From a virus (lineage: Duplodnaviria; Caudoviricetes): DNA of 28,248 bases. Location of the stretch: the IMG/VR virus record IMGVR_UViG_3300044924_000016, positions 1 to 28,248 of that record, one strand, 5' to 3'. How positions within the stretch are numbered: position 1 is the first letter of the stretch; each line of letters begins with the position of its first letter. The notes beneath the pieces were generated by a model. The model saw only the letters and a list, made by a program, of their open reading frames with translations, had not been told where the DNA came from and did no database searches. Position numbers and translations under genes: made by a program. Shown here piece by piece: positions 14,499 to 23,045 of this stretch.

Positions 14499-16100
14499 GT
14501 GCTGAAGTACGGCAAGACCGAGCCCCGGATCTTCACCCGCCCGCTTCGCGACCTAACGCCGGAAACCTCGCGCGGGTTCGAGGTCATCGCGTTCGCCGAG
14601 ACCGTGCTGATGGTGTCCCTCCTGCTCTGGCAGAAGTGGCTGCTCATCCATCTGATGGAGTTGAACCCGGACGGCACGCTCCGGTTCCGTAAAGCGCTGA
14701 TCATCGTCGGCAGGCAGAACGGGAAGACGCTCGTTGGCGCGGTCCTGGCCGCGTACTGGTTGTGGGTCGATTCGGCGCGCTGGCCCGCGGCCACCTATGA
14801 GGAGGGTTTCGTCATCGTCGGTGCGGCGCAGAAGCTCGACATCGCGTTGAAGCCGTGGCGGAAAGTCCGCCGTTGGGGTGGCCCGGATGATCCGAAGGCG
14901 CGGCCGGCGCGGGAGCGGGTTCCGCTGCTCCAGGCCGCCACATATCTGCCGCGGATGGTCAACGGCGAGGTCGAAATCCGCTGCCACAACGACGCGGTCT
15001 ATTTGCCGAGGACATTCGAGGGTGCCCGAGGTATCAGCTCGGTGCGGCTGCTCCTGGACGAGTTGCGGCAGCAGTACGACTACGAGGGTTGGGCGGCGAT
15101 CGAGAAGTCGGCGACCGCGCAGTACGACGCGCAGCTGGTCGCGTTCTCCAACGCCGGCACCCACCGATCCGTGGTGCTGCGGGACGTGCGGGCGATCGCG
15201 CATCGCTCGGTCGACGACCCGGCGGCGCAGTGGTTTGTGGCCGAGTGGACGGCACCTCCGGAGGCGAAACTCACCGATCCGGCAGCGTTCGCGCAGTCGA
15301 ATCCGTCGGCGGGGTATCTGCCGGGGATGACGATCGCCGGGTTGATGCAGACCACCGCGGAGGCGGTCAACAAGTCGGTGGAGAAGATCGAGGTCTTGGG
15401 GCAGTGGGTGTCTCAGGAAGTCTCCCCGTACGTCGATCCGCTGGACTGGAAGCGGCTGCAGATCGCACCGAGTGAGGTGCGGATCCCGCCGGGTGCGCGG
15501 ACGGTGTGGGCGGTCGACACGTCGGAGGACCGCTCAACCACCTGGATCGCCGCGGCTGTCCAGACCGAGGGCGGCAAGCCGCTGGTGACGGTTCGGACGA
15601 AGCGCGTCGGGATTGTGTGGGCGGTCAAGTACTTGCGGGACCTGGCCGACAAGTCAGGGTGTCGCGAGGTGGCGTTGCAGGCGCAAGGCTGCCCGGTGGT
15701 GGAGCTGGTCCCGCTGCTGGAGGCCGAGTACGAGACCGAAGACGGCCGGAAGCGGCCGGGGCTGACGGTCCACAAGATGGATCGGCCGACGTGCGCGATC
15801 GCGACCGGCCGCATCAAGGACCGGGTCCGCGACAAGCACCTGGTGCTCACCGCCCAGCCCGATATCGATATGGCGATCGAGGGTGGGATCGCGACGAAGT
15901 ACGCGGAGAATCGGCTTTGGTCTCGTGGGGCGTCGAAGCCCCTCGACATCTCGGGTATCTGTGCTGAGACGTGGGCGTTGTACGCGCTCGAGGCACTCCA
16001 GCCGAAGCCTAAACGCAAAGCACCACCGCCACCGCGGGCCGCGGTTCTGACGGCTGAGGCCAGCAGGCTCGGGGACAACCTGCTGACGATGCAGTTCTGA
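14499..16100 (+). CDS. Terminase large subunit
   Basis: LLWQ Q-motif, Walker A GRQNGKT, Walker B LLLDE, SNAG, SNPS, nuclease AVDTS; SD AGGAGG. Confidence 0.95.
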   Translation: MLKYGKTEPRIFTRPLRDLTPETSRGFEVIAFAETVLMVSLLLWQKWLLIHLMELNPDGTLRFRKALIIVGRQNGKTLVGAVLAAYWLWVDSARWPAATYEEGFVIVGAAQKLDIALKPWRKVRRWGGPDDPKARPARERVPLLQAATYLPRMVNGEVEIRCHNDAVYLPRTFEGARGISSVRLLLDELRQQYDYEGWAAIEKSATAQYDAQLVAFSNAGTHRSVVLRDVRAIAHRSVDDPAAQWFVAEWTAPPEAKLTDPAAFAQSNPSAGYLPGMTIAGLMQTTAEAVNKSVEKIEVLGQWVSQEVSPYVDPLDWKRLQIAPSEVRIPPGARTVWAVDTSEDRSTTWIAAAVQTEGGKPLVTVRTKRVGIVWAVKYLRDLADKSGCREVALQAQGCPVVELVPLLEAEYETEDGRKRPGLTVHKMDRPTCAIATGRIKDRVRDKHLVLTAQPDIDMAIEGGIATKYAENRLWSRGASKPLDISGICAETWALYALEALQPKPKRKAPPPPRAAVLTAEASRLGDNLLTMQF

Positions 16101-16115
16101 GAAGGGGGTCTCCGA

Positions 16116-17396
16116 GTGACTGAAGTCGGATACCAGCGAGCAGGTCTCCCGTCGTGGGGCAGCATCGCGGAGGAGTCGGCGGAGACGAATCCCGCCATGC
16201 AGTGGCCGGCGTCGAATGACACCTACGACCGGATGCGCCGAGAAGACACACAGGTCGGGTCCGTGTTGCGGGCGATCACGCATCCGATCCGGCGCACGTC
16301 GTGGATGATCGACCCGGCCGGGGCCCGGGACGAGGTGGTCGACCTGATCGCCGACAGTTTCGGGCTACCCGTGAAGGGACGGCCGACCACCGCGCCGTTG
16401 CGGGTCGGGAGCCGGTTCGACTTCGACGAACACCTCCGCCTCGCGCTCCTCGAGCTCGTGTTCGGGCACTCGCTCTTCGAGCAGGTATACCTGGTCGGGG
16501 ATGATGGACGAGCCAGGCTCCACAAGCTGGCATGGCGACCACCGCGCACCATCGCGAAGTGGGATGTCGGTGCCGACGGCGGGCTGATCGCGATCGAGCA
16601 GCACCAGCTGGTCGCGGGACGGGCAGTGAGAATCCCGGTCGCGAAGCTCGTCGCCTATGTCCACGAGCGTGAGGGCGCGAACTGGATCGGCACGTCGCTG
16701 CTGCGGACCGCCTACAAGAACTGGTTGTTGAAGGATCGAATGCTGAGGGCTCAGGCTCTCACCGTGGAGCGCAACGGCCTCGGCGTGCCGACCGTGACGG
16801 GCGCGCCCCTGCCTGACGGTGTGGAACTGTCGGAAGCTGAGGCGCTTGCCTGGGTGGAGACGCAACGCGTCGAGGGACTGAAGGTTGCCAAGGAACTGAG
16901 GGCCGGCGAGACAGCCGGCATCTCGCTCCCGCACGGTGGAAAGGTCGAACTGCTCGGCGTGACCGGGCGGCTCCCGGACACCGACGGTCCGGTCCGCTAC
17001 CACGATGAGCAAATTGGCCGGTCGGTGTTGGCACACTTCCTGAACCTCGGCACGGAGACAGGCAGCTGGGCGCTCGGCAGCACGTTCGCCGACTTCTTCG
17101 TCGGGAGCTTGAACGCGGTCGCTGGCCACATCGCGAACGTCGCCCAGCAGCACGTCGTTGAGGACCTCGTCGACGCGAACTGGGGACCGGCAGAGCCGGC
17201 GCCGCGGCTGATCGTCGCAACGATCGGCGAGGAACAGCCCGCCACCGCCGAGGCCATCAAGACGCTGGTCGACTGCGACGCGATCACCCCCGACCAGCGG
17301 CTCGAGGAGTACCTGCGGCAGCGCTACAAGCTGCCGGTGGTGGACCCCACCACGGCGCGCACCGCGCCCGACCCAACGACAGGAGACCCCACGTGA
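16116..17396 (+). CDS. Portal protein (DUF935/Mu gp29-like)
   Basis: Follows TerL; YDRMRRED, GTSLLRTAYKNW, ERNGLGVP, YHDEQI, GSWALG, LVDANWG. Confidence 0.9.
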   Translation: MTEVGYQRAGLPSWGSIAEESAETNPAMQWPASNDTYDRMRREDTQVGSVLRAITHPIRRTSWMIDPAGARDEVVDLIADSFGLPVKGRPTTAPLRVGSRFDFDEHLRLALLELVFGHSLFEQVYLVGDDGRARLHKLAWRPPRTIAKWDVGADGGLIAIEQHQLVAGRAVRIPVAKLVAYVHEREGANWIGTSLLRTAYKNWLLKDRMLRAQALTVERNGLGVPTVTGAPLPDGVELSEAEALAWVETQRVEGLKVAKELRAGETAGISLPHGGKVELLGVTGRLPDTDGPVRYHDEQIGRSVLAHFLNLGTETGSWALGSTFADFFVGSLNAVAGHIANVAQQHVVEDLVDANWGPAEPAPRLIVATIGEEQPATAEAIKTLVDCDAITPDQRLEEYLRQRYKLPVVDPTTARTAPDPTTGDPT

Positions 17397-18583
17397 AGAC
17401 CACGAGCAGGGCGCCGCGCGACTGGTACCGCATCGCCTGTGTCGAGCAGGCCCCCGATGAGCTGACTAGCGTCGACGTCTACATCTACGACGAGATCGGT
17501 GAATCCTGGTGGGGCGGCATCAGCCCGCGCCAACTCGTCGACGACATCGCCGACCTCGACGTCGACACCATGGTCGTACACATCAACTCCCCGGGCGGTG
17601 CCGCGTGGGATGGGCTGACGATCATGAACGCCCTCCGCGCGCACCCGGCACGGGTTGAGGTCGTTGTCGACGGCATCGCCGCATCCGCCGCCAGCGTGGT
17701 TGCGATGGCCGGCGACAAGATCACGATGAACCTCGGCGCGCAGATGATGATCCACGACGCCTCTGGTGGCTGCTGGGGGCCTGCGGCGTTGATGGAGGAG
17801 ACCGCGCAGATCCTGCACAAGCTCTCCGACTCCTACGCCGACGTGTACGCCGCCCGCGCTGGCGGCACTCGCGAGGCGTGGAGGTCGGCGATGCAGGCCG
17901 AGTCCTGGTACACCGCGCAGGAGGCTGTCGAGGTCGGCCTCGCCGATGAATGGGACGGCACCGCCACCGTGGAGGAACCGGCGGCGATCGCCGGGTTCGA
18001 CTTGTCGCGGTTCCGCTACCCCGGGCGCGCCCATGCGCCTTCGCCGCAACTCGCGGCCCACAATCTCCCGGTCTCGTCCGAGCCGGGCAACCAAAACCGA
18101 GAGGAGACCGTCGTGGAACGCGACGAATTCTTGGCTGGAATCCGTGAGCGGCTCGGCGTGACCGATGCCGACGCCTCCGAGGAGACGCTGCTCGCGGCGC
18201 TCGACCAGGCGCTCGAGGAGAACAGCTCCACGCACACCATCAACCTCGAGACCGTGGTGCCCGACGGCGCGATGCTCGTTGACGCCGCCGCGTTCGCTCG
18301 GCTCCAGGAAGACGCCGCCCAGGGCGCCGCCGCCCGCGAGCAGCAGACCCGCGAGCGCCGCGACCAGATCGTGGCCACCGCGGTCCGCGAAGGCCGGATC
18401 GCACCGGCTGCTCGTACCACGTGGCGTGCCCAGCTCGACGCCAACGAGGACGGCACCGCTGCCCTCCTGGCATCGCTGCCGAAGAACACGATCCCCGTGA
18501 CGGAGCTCGGCTACACCGCCGACAACGACGACCCCGAGTCCGCGCTCTACAACGCCGCATTCGGCACCGAGAAGGGAGCCTGA
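17393..18583 (+). CDS. ClpP-like head maturation protease fused to scaffolding domain
   Basis: IYDEIG, INSPGG, GIAASAAS, MIHDA, MQAESWY; helical C-terminal scaffold AVREGRIAPA. Confidence 0.93.
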   Translation: MKTTSRAPRDWYRIACVEQAPDELTSVDVYIYDEIGESWWGGISPRQLVDDIADLDVDTMVVHINSPGGAAWDGLTIMNALRAHPARVEVVVDGIAASAASVVAMAGDKITMNLGAQMMIHDASGGCWGPAALMEETAQILHKLSDSYADVYAARAGGTREAWRSAMQAESWYTAQEAVEVGLADEWDGTATVEEPAAIAGFDLSRFRYPGRAHAPSPQLAAHNLPVSSEPGNQNREETVVERDEFLAGIRERLGVTDADASEETLLAALDQALEENSSTHTINLETVVPDGAMLVDAAAFARLQEDAAQGAAAREQQTRERRDQIVATAVREGRIAPAARTTWRAQLDANEDGTAALLASLPKNTIPVTELGYTADNDDPESALYNAAFGTEKGA

Positions 18584-18586
18584 TCC

Positions 18587-18952
18587 ATGTCCGACTACCT
18601 GCCCAAGCATCAGCCCGGCGCTGCGATCACCCTGATGGCCTCCGCCGACATCACCGGCGGCCGGCTTGTCGCGGTCACCGGAGCGCGGACCGTCGCCCAC
18701 GCCGGCGCCGACTCCGCGGCCGTGGCCGGCGTCGCCGGCTTCGACGCGAAGACCGGCGGCGAGCTGACCGTGTTCACCCGTGCCGGCGGCGTTCACCGCC
18801 TGACCGCCTCTGCGGCGATCGCGGCTGGAGCGAAGGTCATCTCCGCTGCTGACGGGAAGATCGCCACGATCGGCGCCGGCACGAACCCTGTCGGGCTCGC
18901 GCTCACCGCCGCCGCTGCCAACAACGACGTCATCGACGTCCTGTTCCTCTGA
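18587..18952 (+). CDS. Capsid decoration/cement protein (DUF2190-like)
   Basis: Small Ala/Gly-rich beta protein between protease and capsid; AIAAGAKV...GLALTAAAA...IDV. Confidence 0.75.
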   Translation: MSDYLPKHQPGAAITLMASADITGGRLVAVTGARTVAHAGADSAAVAGVAGFDAKTGGELTVFTRAGGVHRLTASAAIAAGAKVISAADGKIATIGAGTNPVGLALTAAAANNDVIDVLFL

Positions 18953-18968
18953 CGAAAGGGGCCATCCA

Positions 18969-19886
18969 GTGCCTTCCTACACCTACCCCGTGAAGCATCC
19001 CGAGGGGACGCTCACCTCCGAGCAACTGCACGCGCTGCTCGCCAACCCGAGGATCCTCGCCCGCCGTCTGGCCGACATCACGAAGATGGGGTTCATCGCC
19101 GATTTCCTGCTGCAGGGCCGCTTCGACGCGGCCGGCGGCGGCATCTTCTACGAGACCGGCGAGGACCCGTTCACCGGTGATCAGCCGGAGTCGGTTGCGC
19201 CGAACGCGGAGTATCCGAAGACGGTGCTCTTCGAGGGCGAGACCGTCGCGGCCGCGACGAAGAAGTGGGGCATCGAGTCCGACTTCACCGACGAGAAGGT
19301 GTCCCGTCAGGGCATCAACTACGTCAACCGTGGCCTCGCCCGGCTCGGGAACTCGGTCATCAAGCGCGTCGACGGGATCGCGATGGCCGTCATCATGGCC
19401 AAGATCGCGAGCACCTACACTTCGCCGGCGACCTGGACCACGGCCGGGAAGATGGTCACAGCCGTGACCAGCATCCGCACCCAGCGCGCGAACCTCGGCA
19501 CCGGTCTCGACCTCAACACCGTCGTGCTGACCCCGACTCAGTACGCGCTGGTCATCGGGATGCTCATCGACGACAAGGCCCTGCCGCGTGAGGCCGGGAA
19601 CCCGGTCGTCAACGGGCTCCTGCCCGTTGATGCGCTCGGCCTGACCTGGGCCACCAGTCCGCACTACACCGGCGCTGCGCCGCTCCTGGTCGACCGTGAG
19701 CAGCTCGGCGGCATGGCCGACGAGAAGCTCGACGCCCCCGACTACGTGCGCTCGGGTGAGTCGAACATCGAGATCCGCACCGAGCGGACCTCGACCGATG
19801 CCCGCACCGTGCGGGCACGCCGCGTCACGGTCCCGGTCGTGACCGACGTGCAGGCCGGTGTGCAGCTGCTCGGGACCGGTCTGTGA
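18969..19886 (+). CDS. Major capsid protein (HK97 fold)
   Basis: 305 aa, expected position; VAPNAEYP, KKWG...TDE; C-terminal VPVVTDVQAG. Confidence 0.88.
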   Translation: MPSYTYPVKHPEGTLTSEQLHALLANPRILARRLADITKMGFIADFLLQGRFDAAGGGIFYETGEDPFTGDQPESVAPNAEYPKTVLFEGETVAAATKKWGIESDFTDEKVSRQGINYVNRGLARLGNSVIKRVDGIAMAVIMAKIASTYTSPATWTTAGKMVTAVTSIRTQRANLGTGLDLNTVVLTPTQYALVIGMLIDDKALPREAGNPVVNGLLPVDALGLTWATSPHYTGAAPLLVDREQLGGMADEKLDAPDYVRSGESNIEIRTERTSTDARTVRARRVTVPVVTDVQAGVQLLGTGL

Positions 19887-20131
19887 TGGCCACCCGCAAG
19901 ACCGACCCGGAAACCGGGGCCGTGGACGGAGCACCTAACACCGCGTCCGACGCCCCCGAGGCTGACGACGCGGTGGCTGAGGTGGCTGCGCTGCAGGTCA
20001 CCGGCACCGCCGTCGTGCTCCGCACCGCCGCCGGCGGCGAGCGTTACCTCTACAAGGGCGCGCCCGTCGACCCGGACGTCTACACCACCGAGTCGCTCGA
20101 GCACGCCAAGGCCGTCGGCCTGATCGGCTGA
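19886..20131 (+). CDS. Small virion-associated hypothetical protein
   Basis: TGATG overlap with the capsid stop; ERYLYKGAPV...GLI. Confidence 0.7.
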   Translation: MATRKTDPETGAVDGAPNTASDAPEADDAVAEVAALQVTGTAVVLRTAAGGERYLYKGAPVDPDVYTTESLEHAKAVGLIG

Positions 20132-20148
20132 CCAGGAAAGGGGGCGAT

Positions 20149-20502
20149 GTGATCGCGCACACAGACCTGCCAGGTCTCGACGAGACGACAGCGCGGCGGA
20201 TCCTCATCGTCGCGCGAGGCATCGCCCCCTGCTTGGATGCCCTCGCGGGCGAGGCGCGGACCGACGCCATCGCGATCATCCAGGGCGCAGCCGCCGAGCT
20301 CCCAAAGCCCGGCGAGCGGCGGATCCGGACCATGACACGAAACGGCACGTCCGTGGCCATGGATCCCTACGAGTCCGCGTTCGGTAAGGAGGAGCGTGCC
20401 GGGCTGCGGGCACTATGCGGCTCAGCGGCCAGCGCCGCCGGCGCCCCGGTCGGGGTGTTCCCCACAGCGGGTGTCGTGACCGAGATGTGGCCCGAGCGAT
20501 GA
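20149..20502 (+). CDS. Head-to-tail adaptor
   Basis: Position; ARGIAPCL, ERAGLRALC. Confidence 0.7.
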   Translation: MIAHTDLPGLDETTARRILIVARGIAPCLDALAGEARTDAIAIIQGAAAELPKPGERRIRTMTRNGTSVAMDPYESAFGKEERAGLRALCGSAASAAGAPVGVFPTAGVVTEMWPER

Positions 20503-20822
20503 ACTGGGGCGCCTGGTTCTATCCGCACACCGTCGTCGTACGCGACGCGCTCGGAGCGGGGGGCATGGGCGACGGCTACGGCCCTCCACGGACGGTGGCT
20601 GCAGAGGTCAAGGACCAGCAGACCCTCGTCCGGGACCGGGACGGCCGTGAGGTTGTGTCGTCCACCCAGGTGACGCTGTCGCTGCCCGAGCACGTGCCAG
20701 TCGGTTCACTGGTCACCGTCTGGGCCGGTAGGCCCGCGCAGCGAGAAGCCAGGGTCCTGGCCGTCGCAGTACGCGAAAACGGCGGGCCTCTCGACGATCA
20801 CCTGCTGCTGTCCCTCGAGTAG
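20499..20822 (+). CDS. Head-to-tail stopper
   Basis: ATGA overlap; HTVVV...G.YG, LVRDRDGREVVSSTQV. Confidence 0.75.
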   Translation: MNWGAWFYPHTVVVRDALGAGGMGDGYGPPRTVAAEVKDQQTLVRDRDGREVVSSTQVTLSLPEHVPVGSLVTVWAGRPAQREARVLAVAVRENGGPLDDHLLLSLE

Positions 20823-20837
20823 ACCGGAGGTTCGATC

Positions 20838-21158
20838 GTGGTCAAGATGCATGACGCGAAACTGACCGAACTCGAGGCGGCCGCTCGTGCCGCGCTCATC
20901 GACACCGCGAAGGACGTCCTCAAGGAAGCCCAAGCCCTCGTACCCACCGACGACGGGGCGCTGCGGAAGTCAGGGAAGGTCGAAGTCGACGACCTGGAGG
21001 TGCGCGTGGTGTTCCGTGCGCCGCACGCCTGGATCCAGCACGAGCGCCTCGATTACCAGCACCCCGACGGCGGACAAGCCAAGTACCTGGAGACCCCAGC
21101 CTCGGACAAGGCCGTGGTCGACAAGCTCGCCGACGGCGTGAGAGCGAGACTGCGATGA
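20838..21158 (+). CDS. Tail completion/neck protein (HK97 gp10-like)
   Basis: VPTDDGALRKSG, AWIQHE...GQAKYLE; SD GGAGG. Confidence 0.75.
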   Translation: MVKMHDAKLTELEAAARAALIDTAKDVLKEAQALVPTDDGALRKSGKVEVDDLEVRVVFRAPHAWIQHERLDYQHPDGGQAKYLETPASDKAVVDKLADGVRARLR

Positions 21159-21565
21159 CCGACCGCGACCTCACCATCCTGCTCTGCCAGCTGCTAGGCA
21201 CCGTCCCAGGCTGGCACTGGAACCCCACCGCCGGTACCCCGTCGGGCGTCGGGGTGTTCTACGGCTCGATCCCGGAGCGGCCAGATCAGGCGATCGGTGT
21301 GCGCGTCTACGGCGGTAGCGACGACGCGGTCGTCTACGAGCCGCAGCGGCGGGTCCAGCTCCGGATTCGCGGCGCCCGCGGGCGACCCGACGGCGCCGAT
21401 GAACTCGCCGCCGTGGCGTTCACGGTCCTGCAGGGCGCCCGTCCGCCGGGGGTCTCGTGGATCGAGCGCACCTCGTTCGGCCCGCTCGGGGCCGACACCA
21501 ACGGCCGCGAAGAGCGGACCGACAACTACCTGATCTCACTCGACAACCAGGAGGCAACCCAATGA
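21155..21565 (+). CDS. Tail terminator
   Basis: PERPDQAI, VQLRIRG, LGADTNGREERTDNY; precedes the major tail gene. Confidence 0.8.
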   Translation: MTDRDLTILLCQLLGTVPGWHWNPTAGTPSGVGVFYGSIPERPDQAIGVRVYGGSDDAVVYEPQRRVQLRIRGARGRPDGADELAAVAFTVLQGARPPGVSWIERTSFGPLGADTNGREERTDNYLISLDNQEATQ

Positions 21566-22329
21566 GTGATCACCCCTACGTTCCGCTGCCGGCCGGCAGT
21601 GTCCTCGGCAAGTCGTTCGAGTACGGCATCGACGTCAACCTCAACCTCGGCGCGTCTGGGGCGCCGTCGTGGCAGCCGATCCGCAGGATCTCGGCGTTCG
21701 CGCCGACGTTCCCGCCCGTCACGACCGACATCAGCTCGTACGACGACCGTGGCGCCGAGAACTCGGAGGTCACGGGCCGATCGTTCGCGGCATCGTTCAC
21801 CGTGCAGGGTAACCGCTCCACCACGACCGGCCTGTTCCTGCCCGAGCTCGAGGCGATCATCGCCGCCGCCCGTGGCATCGGGACGTCGGCGAACCTTGAG
21901 ATCCGCTTCTACCACAAGCCTGACGCCGGGGTGTCGTCGCCGACCGACGCTGGGCGCATCCTCACCCGTGTGGAGGCGACGCGCCAGAACACCGGCAACG
22001 CCGACGCCGAGATCTGGTCGGTGACCCTGACCGGGAAGGGCCGCGTCCAGCCGATCGCCAATCCGTTCACGGGCTGGACGCCGGAGGCCCCGAAGGTCGC
22101 CGCAGTGACCCCGGCCGCCGCGGCCGCCGGGAAGCTCGTGACGATCACTGGCGCCGGGTTCCTCGGCGCCACCGCGGTGAAGTTCGGCGCCGACACGGCC
22201 GCAGAGTTCACGGTCGTGAATGGTGCGACGATCCTCGCGGTCATGCCCGCCGGCGCTGCCGGTGCGGCGCCGGTGATGGTCACCACCCCGGTCGGTGATT
22301 CGCCGGCGTTCGCCTACACCCGGGGCTGA
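21562..22329 (+). CDS. Major tail tube protein with C-terminal IPT/TIG (Ig-like) domain
   Basis: SD GGAGG; DISSYDDRG, SVTLTGKG; C-terminal VTITGAGFLGATAVKFG...VTTPVG. Confidence 0.88.
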   Translation: MSDHPYVPLPAGSVLGKSFEYGIDVNLNLGASGAPSWQPIRRISAFAPTFPPVTTDISSYDDRGAENSEVTGRSFAASFTVQGNRSTTTGLFLPELEAIIAAARGIGTSANLEIRFYHKPDAGVSSPTDAGRILTRVEATRQNTGNADAEIWSVTLTGKGRVQPIANPFTGWTPEAPKVAAVTPAAAAAGKLVTITGAGFLGATAVKFGADTAAEFTVVNGATILAVMPAGAAGAAPVMVTTPVGDSPAFAYTRG

Positions 22330-22331
22330 CC

Positions 22332-22736
22332 GTGTCGGCGGTCGACTTCGGCGAGTGGGCGGACGTCGACGGCCTGGTTCTGACGCTCGGGGGCCGCACC
22401 TACACGGTGCCGTCCCCGAGCGTGCGGGACATGGGCCTGATCCTCGCCGCCGCCGTGCGCGCCGAGGTGCGCCTCGGCCTGGTTAAGGGCGAAGTGCCGG
22501 CGGAAGTCGCTGAGCGCCTCGCCAGTCTCAGACCCGACGAGCACCCGTCCCTTGGGCCGGTGTGGGCGCAACTCGAGGCCGACGGCGTCGCGCAGGTCGT
22601 CGCCGACCGCGTGGCCTACTACGCCACGTTCTACTGGGCCCGCGGGAAGTCCTACGCCGACGCGCTCGCCCAGCTGCTCTGGGGCGCCACAGCAGCCTCG
22701 GCGGATGCAGGTGATGGTGGCCCAAAAGGCTCGTAA
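22332..22736 (+). CDS. Tail assembly chaperone (short form)
   Basis: Between tail tube and tape measure; ends GPKGS after a slippery heptamer. Confidence 0.82.
   Translation: MSAVDFGEWADVDGLVLTLGGRTYTVPSPSVRDMGLILAAAVRAEVRLGLVKGEVPAEVAERLASLRPDEHPSLGPVWAQLEADGVAQVVADRVAYYATFYWARGKSYADALAQLLWGATAASADAGDGGPKGS
22721..22727 (+). promoter_or_regulatory. -1 ribosomal frameshift slippery site C CCA AAA
   Basis: XXXYYYZ heptamer in the correct register, two codons before the TAA. Confidence 0.85.
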
Positions 22737-23041
22737 CCGCCGAGGACTGGGCGCCATACGGCGTCGGCGCCCCGGATGCTGAAGGCTGGTATCCGGATTA
22801 CCGGGTGCCGCCCGAGCTACGCCCGGCGCCACCCGTGGCCACGACGAAGAGCACCGTCGACGGCTCGCTGTTGGCAATTGTCACTCACTGGCGCCTCGTG
22901 ATCGCCGACTTGGCCGAGATCTACGGCGTCGACCTGTACGACCCGCAGGTCCTGGCCCGGCCGTGGCCCGGCGTGCGGACCATGCTGTTCGCGTTGCTCG
23001 ACCATCCGAACTCGAGGCTGAGGCGCGCACTACGGAGGTGA
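22727..23041 (+). CDS. Tail assembly chaperone -1 frameshift extension
   Basis: The -1 frame is open from 22727 (RLVTAEDWAPYG...WRLVIADLAEIYGVDL...) to TGA at 23041. Confidence 0.8.
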   Translation, partial: RLVTAEDWAPYGVGAPDAEGWYPDYRVPPELRPAPPVATTKSTVDGSLLAIVTHWRLVIADLAEIYGVDLYDPQVLARPWPGVRTMLFALLDHPNSRLRRALRR

Positions 23042-23045
23042 TCTT

